Shown one piece after another: positions 56,984-64,000 of a DNA stretch of 64,000 nucleotides (positions are counted from its first letter, which is position 1; every line of letters starts with the position of its first letter). The position numbers and the translations under genes were made by a program. Origin of the DNA: Verrucomicrobiia bacterium. GTDB taxonomy: Bacteria > Verrucomicrobiota > Verrucomicrobiia > Limisphaerales > DASXHY01. The notes below the pieces were generated by a model, which was given only the letters and a program-made list of their open reading frames with translations, searched no databases and was not told where the DNA came from. Location of the stretch: the NCBI GenBank assembly GCA_035629175.1, contig DASPIL010000040.1:40255-104254 (forward strand). Direction: 5' to 3'.

Positions 56984-58468
56984 TTAAGAACGCGGGGGCA
57001 TCGGCAAAGGCTGGCGATGCGAAGGCATTGGCGCGTAGTCAGGCAGGGCGATGTCACCGGCGAGGCCGGAGATTTCCACTGGTTTGCCGCTGCGGATCGA
57101 GCGGTTTGCCGCGACACCTGTCAGGATCGAATAGGCCCCCGCCCGATGATCGGCTGCGCGGAGGTATTTGTCCGCGGGCTTTTGCGGGAGGAACAGATCG
57201 TCAAGCATCACGCGGTCTCCGCCGCCATGACCGCCTTCGCCGGAAGGCCAAAGCTCGACCTCTCTCGCCGGCGCCCGGAGGGGGAACAGCCGGATATAAG
57301 TTCCCTCCTTGGCAACGGCGCCCGGTGTTGAGCCATCGCCGAAGACATAAACCTTTTCCTGGATCCCGTGCTCGAGCCGGCCCTTGGTTCCATTGAAGGC
57401 GATGCGGTAGCCTTCCCAACCGTTGAAGGCGTTGAGGGAATAGCTGAGCGTTGCGCCCGTGTTGTAACGCACAACGACATTCATTGTGTCTTCAATGTCT
57501 ATGTCCGGCCGCCACACGCATTGGTCGCGGTGATATCCGTCATACTTCTCATTCTCCAGATAGAGCTCGCGGAAATTGCGGTTGGCGCGGAGATCGAGGT
57601 AAAAGGTGCATTTGTCCTTCTCGGGACAGGTCAGACAGCGTTCATGATGACTCTGGAGACCCATTCGCTTTGCCATCTGCGGCGTGTAGAAGTCCCTTTT
57701 GCCGTTCGCAAACACCGTCGTCGGCACAGCTGACAACCACCAGTTCACCAAGTCAAAGTGATGCGTTGCCTTGTGCACCATCAAGCCGCCGGAATTCTCC
57801 TTTCGGCTGTGCCAGCGACGGAAGTAATCCGCGCCGTGCACCGTGTCCAGAAGCCAATGGAAATCGACCGAAAGGATATCGCCGATGATTCCGCTCATCA
57901 GCAGATCCTTCACCTGGGTGCGATGGGGGGAATAGCGGTAGTTGAAAGTCACGGTGCATTTGCGCCCGGTCTTGCGCTGCGCCTTGAGGATCGCGCGGCA
58001 CTTCGACTCGTCAGTCGTCATCGGCTTCTCGGTCATGGCATCACACCCGAGTTCCATCGCGCGAATGACATATTCATCGTGCGCGGAATCCTTGGTGGTG
58101 ACGATCACGACATCGGGTTTCGTCTCACGAATCATGCGGTCGAAATCCTTTGCTTCAAAGATCGGGACTTCCACGTTCGCAGCCGCTCGCGACCGCGCCT
58201 GCGCAAGCTGCAAGCGGCCAAGGTTCACATCACAGTAACCCACCATCTCACAGTGCTCCGCATACGTGCGCAGCACCGCGTCGCGGTACATCCCCGAGCG
58301 GCCGCCGACCCCGACCAGCGCATAACGCTTCCGGCGTGGCGAAGAAGTGATCGTGGGATTCGACTGCGCGAGCGCCGACGCGCCAAGCAGAACGCCGCCG
58401 CCCGCGATGGAGGTCGTGGCGATGAATTGCCGTCGATTGATGCCGTTGGAATTGGAGCCGGATGTCAT
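56984..58468 (-). CDS. Tat-exported Gfo/Idh/MocA oxidoreductase (YteT-like)
   Basis: NRRQFI Tat motif, VGVGGR, EKPM, DYFRRWH, HKATHHFD, GHGGGD. Confidence 0.9.
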   Translation of the reverse strand: MTSGSNSNGINRRQFIATTSIAGGGVLLGASALAQSNPTITSSPRRKRYALVGVGGRSGMYRDAVLRTYAEHCEMVGYCDVNLGRLQLAQARSRAAANVEVPIFEAKDFDRMIRETKPDVVIVTTKDSAHDEYVIRAMELGCDAMTEKPMTTDESKCRAILKAQRKTGRKCTVTFNYRYSPHRTQVKDLLMSGIIGDILSVDFHWLLDTVHGADYFRRWHSRKENSGGLMVHKATHHFDLVNWWLSAVPTTVFANGKRDFYTPQMAKRMGLQSHHERCLTCPEKDKCTFYLDLRANRNFRELYLENEKYDGYHRDQCVWRPDIDIEDTMNVVVRYNTGATLSYSLNAFNGWEGYRIAFNGTKGRLEHGIQEKVYVFGDGSTPGAVAKEGTYIRLFPLRAPAREVELWPSGEGGHGGGDRVMLDDLFLPQKPADKYLRAADHRAGAYSILTGVAANRSIRSGKPVEISGLAGDIALPDYAPMPSHRQPLPMPPRS

Positions 58469-58627
58469 ATCAGTATGGTTGATGCGGAACTGTAACCGGC
58501 AAGACGCGTTCATGGTCAATCTGGTTTCGTGCCACGGGGCTGCATTTATGGATGAAAAAAGGGAAGCGCGCCCGGCGCAAATTTCCGGTGCATCTGCCGC
58601 CGCCGCTGCTTAAGCTTTCGCCGTCCT

Positions 58628-60112
58628 ATGGAATACGAAGCCGTCATCGGCCTGGAAACTCACGTTCAACTGAAGACCAGGTCCAAGATGTGGTGCGGAT
58701 GCCCCAACGCATACGGGGCTGCACCCAATACGAATGTCTGTCCTGTGTGCCTCGGCCTCCCTGGAGTACTGCCCGTGCCGAACGACGAAGCGCTCCGCCT
58801 GACGGTGCTGACCGGGTACCTGCTCCACTGCCAGATTCCGCGCTTCGCCAAGTTTGATCGGAAGAGCTACTTCTATCCCGACATGCCCAAGAACTACCAG
58901 ATCACGCAGTACGACCGCCCTTCGACGAGCGGCGGACATGTGGATTTTGAATTTGCGGGCGGAGTTGCGCGCGTGCACATCACCCGCGCTCACCTCGAGG
59001 AAGACGTCGGAAAGAGCACGCACTACGAGCGCAACAGCGGGGTCGATTTCAATCGCGCTGGCGTGCCCCTGATGGAGATTGTCTCGGAACCGGATCTTAC
59101 GAGCGCCGACATGGCCTATGCGTACCTGAATGCACTCAAGGAGATCCTCGTCCAAGGTGGCATCAGCGATTGCGACATGGAAAAGGGAATGGTGCGCTGC
59201 GACGTCAATGTCAGCGTCAGGCCCAAAGGTTCCAAAGAACTCGGCGCGAAAATCGAAATCAAGAACATGAACAGCTTCTCGGGAGTCCGGCGAGCGCTTG
59301 AGCACGAGATTCCGCGGCAGATCGAAGCCGTGCAGCGTGGTGAAAAGCTGATTCAATCCACCCGCCGCTGGGATGACGTCACGGGCGTGACTGAGCAGAT
59401 GCGCACCAAGGAAGACGCACATGATTACCGCTACTTTCCCGATCCGGATCTGATGCCGTTGGAGCCATCAGAGTCATGGCTCGAGGAGGTATCGCGTCGC
59501 GTCATTGAGCTGCCGCTCGCGCGGAAACAGAGATTGATGAGCACCTACGGCCTGCCCGCCACCGACGCGGAGGTCTTCAAGAGCAACGTGGCATTGGGTG
59601 ACTTTTTTGAAGGCATCGCGAAATCGGCAAAGAATCCGAAACTCGCCGCGAACTGGATCATTAACAATCTCCAGGCGAAACTCGGCGAGCTCAACCAGAA
59701 GGAACTCGCGGAACAATCCGCAATGGGAGTGGAATGTGCAGATGTCCGCTTCTCCGGTTTGGATTCGCTTAAATTTCAGCCGCAGGCATTGCTCGCGCTG
59801 ATCGGAATGGTGGAAACCAAGGCCATCAGCAATTCAGCGGCCCAGCAGGTGTTTGCCGAAATGTTTGCTTCGGGGAAAGCTCCGGAAGTCATTGTTCAGG
59901 AACAGGGACTCGCCCAGGTCAGTGATACCGCCGCAATTGAGGAACTGTGCGATAGCGCCATTGCGGCGAATCCCGGTCCCGCTGCAGATTTCAAAGCAGG
60001 CAAGGCCGCCGCACTCAACTTCCTGAAGGGCCAGGTGATGAAGCTCTCGAAGGGAAAGGCGAACCCATCCGTGGTCGGCGAAATCCTCGAACGCAAATTG
60101 AAAGAGGCGTAG
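58628..60112 (+). CDS. gatB: Asp/Glu-tRNA amidotransferase subunit B
   Basis: VIGLETHVQL, FDRK.YFYPD.PK.YQITQ, HLEEDVGK, YRYFPDPDL. Confidence 0.99.
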   Translation: MEYEAVIGLETHVQLKTRSKMWCGCPNAYGAAPNTNVCPVCLGLPGVLPVPNDEALRLTVLTGYLLHCQIPRFAKFDRKSYFYPDMPKNYQITQYDRPSTSGGHVDFEFAGGVARVHITRAHLEEDVGKSTHYERNSGVDFNRAGVPLMEIVSEPDLTSADMAYAYLNALKEILVQGGISDCDMEKGMVRCDVNVSVRPKGSKELGAKIEIKNMNSFSGVRRALEHEIPRQIEAVQRGEKLIQSTRRWDDVTGVTEQMRTKEDAHDYRYFPDPDLMPLEPSESWLEEVSRRVIELPLARKQRLMSTYGLPATDAEVFKSNVALGDFFEGIAKSAKNPKLAANWIINNLQAKLGELNQKELAEQSAMGVECADVRFSGLDSLKFQPQALLALIGMVETKAISNSAAQQVFAEMFASGKAPEVIVQEQGLAQVSDTAAIEELCDSAIAANPGPAADFKAGKAAALNFLKGQVMKLSKGKANPSVVGEILERKLKEA

Positions 60113-60122
60113 CCGGTGTTGT

Positions 60123-62141
60123 ATGTCGCATCAGCAAAGACTCAAAATCCTGCTCATCGAGCATGATCCAGGATTTACCCGCGCCATCACCGAGATGCTG
60201 CAGCAGGCGCGCGACATTTCAGCTGAGCTCTCCTCGGCGCCCAATCTGCATGCCGGTTTTTCGGTCCTGAACCGCAACCAGTTCGATGTAATTGTCCTCG
60301 ATGTCGCCGTTCCCGATGGTGCCGGTCTGGCGAATATTTCACTTCTGAAAGCCCAGGCACCGAGGCTGCCGATCATCGCCGCGGGAAATGCCGACAGCGA
60401 AACCGTTGCAGTGGAAGCCGTTCAAGCGGGCGCCCAGGATTACCTCGTGAAAGATCAGCTCACATGTGGTTGGTTGGAAAGATCCATTCGATACGCAATC
60501 GAACGGCATCGCATGGATCTCAGCCTGCTGGCGGCGGAGCAGAAATACCATGGAATTTTCGATCATCTCGTTGAGGGAATTTTCCAGACCACGCCGGAAG
60601 GCCGCTACCTCCTCGCCAACGCGGCCCTTGCCAGGATTTATGGCTATTCCAGCCCGGACGAACTGGCTGAATCCCTGACGAACATCGCCGAAACTCTCTA
60701 TGTTCAGGAAGGGCGTCGTGACGAGTTTGTCCGCCTGATGCAGGAGCACGACACTCTGTCGGGCTTCGAATCACAGATTTATCGCAAGGACGGGAGCATC
60801 ATCTGGATTTCGGAGAATTGCCGGGCCATTCGCGATCCTTCGGGAAAGATCCTTTATTTTGAGGGAACGGTTGAGGACATCACCCAGAGGCGGCAGGCCG
60901 AGGAAGATCTCCGCCGCTCCGAATCCGTATATCATTCGCTCGTCGAGACGATGCCCCAGAATGTTTTTCGCAAGGATCTCCAGGGACGTTTCACCTTCGC
61001 GAACCAGCAGTACTGCCGTCACTACAACTGCCGGCTTGAGGACATCATCGGCAAAACCGATTTCGATTTTTTCCCGCCTGAGATGGCTGAAAAGTATCGG
61101 CGTGACGACTGGCGTGTGATGGAGACTGGCCAGACCTGCGAAATCATCGAGGAGCACCACCCGATCGGACAGAAGAAGCAAATCACGCAGGTCGTGAAGA
61201 CACCTTTGTACGGGCCAGATGGGAAAATCATCGGCTTGCAGGGAATCTTCTGGGACATCACGGAGCAGCGGATGGCGGAGGAGCGAATTCGCAAATCCAA
61301 CGAACTGCTCGCCCGCAGTCGAAAAGCGTTGCGCGAGAAGAACCGGCAACTGGAAGAGGACCTCACGATGGCCCGGGAAATCCAGTTGACGATGCTGCCC
61401 CAACAATATCCTGTCTTCCCGCGCAGCGCGTCGGCCGCCGACAGCGCCCTGCAATTTTCTCATCGCTACCTACCGACAGGTGCCGTGGGCGGAGATTTCT
61501 TCTCGATCTCATCGCTCTCGAGCCACGAGGCGATGGTCTTCATCTGCGACGTGGCGGGGCACGGTGTCCGGTCTGCGCTCGTCACGGCGATGATTCGCGC
61601 CCTCGTGGAGGAATTGAAACCGCTTGGGGCCGATCCGGGCGAGTTCATGACGAAGCTCAACAGCGATTTGTATTCGATTCTCAAGCATGCTGGCACGCCC
61701 TTGCTCACTACTGCGTTTTATCTCGTCGCCGATTACCGCGCCGGGCGCATGCGTTACACCAACGCGGGACATCCCAAGCCGCTGCACCTTCGGCGCCGCG
61801 AGAACCGGGTCGAGACGCTCGTGAATGTGGGAGGCAAGAGTCAGCCGGCACTCGGCCTCTTTCAACAGGCGAGCTATCAAACGTCGGAAGTTGGGCTCGC
61901 CCCCGACGATCTCATTTTGCTGTTCACCGACGGCTTGTATGAGGTTCACGGTTCTGATCAGGAACTCTACAGCCAGGGGCAGCTGACGGAGGAAATCCAG
62001 CGGCACATCAAGCTGCCGGCCTCGGTCCTGTTTGACCGATTGATCAAACACGTCGAGAAGTTCTCGGCAGACGGACGTTTTGCCGACGATGTTTGCCTGG
62101 TGGGAATTGAAGTGGTGCGCGTTGGAGAGGCGGAAGGCTGA
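60123..62141 (+). CDS. REC-PAS-PAS-SpoIIE (PP2C) phosphatase
   Basis: REC domain; two PAS domains; VGGDF, DVAGHG, NAGHP, LFTDGL, DD. Confidence 0.93.
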   Translation: MSHQQRLKILLIEHDPGFTRAITEMLQQARDISAELSSAPNLHAGFSVLNRNQFDVIVLDVAVPDGAGLANISLLKAQAPRLPIIAAGNADSETVAVEAVQAGAQDYLVKDQLTCGWLERSIRYAIERHRMDLSLLAAEQKYHGIFDHLVEGIFQTTPEGRYLLANAALARIYGYSSPDELAESLTNIAETLYVQEGRRDEFVRLMQEHDTLSGFESQIYRKDGSIIWISENCRAIRDPSGKILYFEGTVEDITQRRQAEEDLRRSESVYHSLVETMPQNVFRKDLQGRFTFANQQYCRHYNCRLEDIIGKTDFDFFPPEMAEKYRRDDWRVMETGQTCEIIEEHHPIGQKKQITQVVKTPLYGPDGKIIGLQGIFWDITEQRMAEERIRKSNELLARSRKALREKNRQLEEDLTMAREIQLTMLPQQYPVFPRSASAADSALQFSHRYLPTGAVGGDFFSISSLSSHEAMVFICDVAGHGVRSALVTAMIRALVEELKPLGADPGEFMTKLNSDLYSILKHAGTPLLTTAFYLVADYRAGRMRYTNAGHPKPLHLRRRENRVETLVNVGGKSQPALGLFQQASYQTSEVGLAPDDLILLFTDGLYEVHGSDQELYSQGQLTEEIQRHIKLPASVLFDRLIKHVEKFSADGRFADDVCLVGIEVVRVGEAEG

Positions 62142-62225
62142 GGGAATGCCGCCCCGCCCCCTCGTAAAAGTTGAAAGGACTCCTTTACTGTCCTTTATTG
62201 TGGGCTAGGATCACTTCGGAATCGT

Positions 62226-62360
62226 AAGGACGGTTCCGCGAATGGACCTGAAGCGACACGTTGAAAAGTGTCTACCAGCCGGGTGCTTACGGCAAACCGG
62301 CTCTCCTCCAAGACGTCCTTCTGCCCCGCCCTTTGTCGCCGAGTCTCTTCAGGCGCATTC
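62226..62360 (+). ncRNA. Candidate structured cis-regulatory leader RNA
   Basis: Several complementary segments giving two alternative folds; putative promoter TTTACT-N16-TAGGAT at 62184-62211. Confidence 0.4.
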
Positions 62361-62395
62361 ATCCACTCACCTCAACAACGAAAGGCACACATCCC

Positions 62396-62695
62396 ATGGA
62401 CCTGCATCATCCCATCCTCCGTGAATTTCCTGAATATCGCGACGCGGTTCGCCGATTGAAAAGTTCGAATGAACATTTCCGGCATATTTATGACGAGTAC
62501 CATCGGCTGGATGACGCCATTTATCGCATTGAAGAAGACATTGATTTTGCGACGGACCAGGAAATAGAAGAAATGAAAATGCGCCGGGCAAAGCTCAAGG
62601 ATTACATCTATCACTTGATCCGCCACGCGCCGATCGTCGGACTGCCAATAAACACGACCGCAGCTTCCGCGCAGTTTTCACCACGAGCGACATGA
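62396..62695 (+). CDS. DUF465/YdcH family small coiled-coil protein
   Basis: EFPEY...I/V..LK..N.HF....EY..LD..I...E...K..R..LKD. Confidence 0.85.
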   Translation: MDLHHPILREFPEYRDAVRRLKSSNEHFRHIYDEYHRLDDAIYRIEEDIDFATDQEIEEMKMRRAKLKDYIYHLIRHAPIVGLPINTTAASAQFSPRAT

Positions 62696-62714
62696 GCTGA
62701 CGCCCGCGCGCGAG

Positions 62715-62748
62715 AAAAAGGCCGTCGGGGAAAACCCCAACGGCCTTT
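62715..62748. terminator. Bidirectional terminator between convergent genes
   Basis: AAAGGCCGTCGGGG AAAA CCCCAACGGCCTTT with A/T flanks. Confidence 0.8.
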
Positions 62749-62769
62749 ACCCACCACCACGAAAAGCTC

Positions 62770-63327
62770 TTAAAGCTTCAAGGACCGCCGCAGGGATGCC
62801 ACTCCGGCGAGTCCTGCGCTGAGCAACAACAATGTCGCGCCGCCATCAGGGACGGAGTTTCCGCCGGTTCCGAAGATGCCGATGTGAGTGATGGAACCCC
62901 CACGGCCGCCCCAAAAGCTGTCGAGCTCAAGGCTTTCAACTCCATTCCAGCCGGTGATGTTGAACAGGTACCAGGCGGGTTCGCCGAGATCTCCATCCTT
63001 CACATACAGGTACAAGCTGTCATATCCGCTGATTGAGCTTTGGCCGCCGATAAGGCTCACAATGGCTCCTGTGGGATTGAGCTCGGGTATGAACTGCGTC
63101 TGGTATGAATCCTTGAACCAGCCGTCGGCGCTTCCTCCAAGAGGTTGCACGTAGAGATCGACACCCCCGGGTCCGATAATGCTGGCAAAGTCACCCGCGG
63201 TAAGGGGCGTGGTTTCACTGCCGTTGAATTGCTGCAGCGCGCCAGCCGGGGTGACGGTCAAGGCCTGCACATTCAAACTGATCGCCAACCCCATCGCAGC
63301 GACGCTGAAAATCCGTTTTAGTTCCAT
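62770..63327 (-). CDS. VPDSG-CTERM (PEP-CTERM-like) exosorted protein
   Basis: Signal peptide; YVKDG..P.WYLF; C-terminal VPDGGATLLLL..GL...LRR. Confidence 0.9.
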   Translation of the reverse strand: MELKRIFSVAAMGLAISLNVQALTVTPAGALQQFNGSETTPLTAGDFASIIGPGGVDLYVQPLGGSADGWFKDSYQTQFIPELNPTGAIVSLIGGQSSISGYDSLYLYVKDGDLGEPAWYLFNITGWNGVESLELDSFWGGRGGSITHIGIFGTGGNSVPDGGATLLLLSAGLAGVASLRRSLKL

Positions 63328-63383
63328 AGTTTTCGTTCCACTTTCCTCGTGCGGTTTGCACGATGATTCCACGGTCCTTCCTC

Positions 63384-63399
63384 GCAGCAGGTGTGCCAA
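63384..63399 (-). promoter_or_regulatory. sigma54 -24/-12 promoter
   Basis: Minus strand TTGGCAC-ACCTG-CTGC, about 57 nt upstream of the ATG. Confidence 0.75.
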
Positions 63400-63570
63400 T
63401 CGGGAAATAAAGAAGGAGCTGCTGGGTTGCCATACGACGTATGTTGTTGATTGGGAACAACAAGCGAAGCCAAAGCAGAACCCAACGGGTGCGAGACGCA
63501 CCAGGGGCGTTTCCCGTGTTTGTGAGCTAACCCGACGTTTTCCGTTCAGAAAAAAACGCAACTCCCGCAT

Positions 63571-63640
63571 TATCAGACACTTACAAGTTCAGCCTGAATT
63601 CTGGGGTTTTTTACACTTTTTGCGACGTAAGTTGTTGATA
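63571..63640. promoter_or_regulatory. Two IHF consensus sites flanking a putative enhancer region
   Basis: TATCAGACACTTA (63571-63583, +) and TATCAACAACTTA (63628-63640, -) match WATCAR-N4-TTR. Confidence 0.6.
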
Positions 63641-63767
63641 CTCAGGGCTTTTACTGTGTTTTTGCCTCTGTATTTCTACGCCGCAAAACCCGGAGATTAC
63701 GGAGATCGTGCGTGAACGCGGTCAAACCGAGGCATCGCAGACGCCGGACGGATGCGTCGGCATTCGG

Positions 63768-64000
63768 TCAGGACTCCTTTTCCTCGACCTTTTCTTCCGA
63801 ATTGCCGCGATCAATTCCCAACTTTTCCAGCAACTCGTAGAGCGTGGGCCGGCTGATTCCCAATTCCTCAGCAGCGCGACTGATTTTGCCGCCGCTACGT
63901 TGCATCGCGGCGAGGACGACCTCGCGCTCGGCATTTTCACGTGCTTGCTTCAGGGTCAAACCGGTGGTCGGCGCTGCATCATCGATCAGTTCCAGGTCTG
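63768..64000 (-). CDS. C-terminal Fis-type HTH of a sigma54 enhancer-binding regulator (PrsR-like); 5' end lies outside the window
   Basis: TLKQARE.AER...ISRAAEELGISRPTLYELLEKLGI; next to a PEP-CTERM-type gene. Confidence 0.8.
   Translation of the reverse strand, partial: DLELIDDAAPTTGLTLKQARENAEREVVLAAMQRSGGKISRAAEELGISRPTLYELLEKLGIDRGNSEEKVEEKES

Noticed and set aside
62268..62302. GTGTCTACC / GGCAAACC resembling purine or c-di-GMP-I riboswitch fragments
   Set aside because: The other conserved elements and their order are missing; reported only as an unclassified leader
62261..63570. Extended N-termini in the ORF track (also for rpsH, rpsQ, rplS, rpsP, cutA, 53706..55598 and 49399..51153)
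   Set aside because: The extensions run through promoters, terminators or neighbouring genes; downstream starts match family N-termini
1..64000. tRNA, rRNA, CRISPR, IS, integrase or prophage
   Set aside because: No cloverleaf, rRNA-like tract, spaced direct-repeat array or transposase/integrase motif was recognised by eye

Overview
This is a GC-rich bacterial chromosome segment. Its gene families (VPDSG-CTERM proteins, prepilin/H-X9-DG protein, OB-fold sensor kinases, PocR-AraC, RRM and SET proteins) point to Verrucomicrobiota, probably Pedosphaera/Limisphaera-like; that assignment is an inference. 1-5.2 kb: troABCD-type Mn/Fe/Zn ABC operon with an inserted outer-membrane protein, a permease-DtxR fusion and a DtxR-type operator. 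5-11.5 kb: mixed housekeeping genes. 11.5-29.1 kb, minus strand: rpsP-khpA-trmD-rplS, then the S10-spc-alpha ribosomal cluster. The cluster lacks rimM, rpmD and adk, carries a degenerate IF-1, and is split between rplW and rplB by a terminator, a second promoter and a structured leader. 29-38 kb: orphan amino-methyltransferase, GH78, cNMP-gated MscS and an exosorted protein. 38-51 kb, the best candidate for an undescribed system: a SusC/D-less glycan locus (barrel-less autotransporter-repeat protein, beta-helix+DNRLRE enzyme, prepilin/H-X9-DG protein, OB-fold kinase plus NarL-type regulator, GH5). Its four promoters share an oriented 20-bp GAGGGATG-containing motif 19-20 nt upstream of a -10-like hexamer. 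51-57 kb: FixL-type heme-PAS signalling cascade and PocR-AraC. 57-64 kb: Tat oxidoreductase, gatB, SpoIIE phosphatase, a DUF465 gene with a switch-like leader, and a sigma54/IHF-controlled VPDSG-CTERM gene next to a partial PrsR-like activator. I recognised no rRNA, tRNA, CRISPR or mobile element. All calls come from reading the sequence; no searches or folding programs were run.
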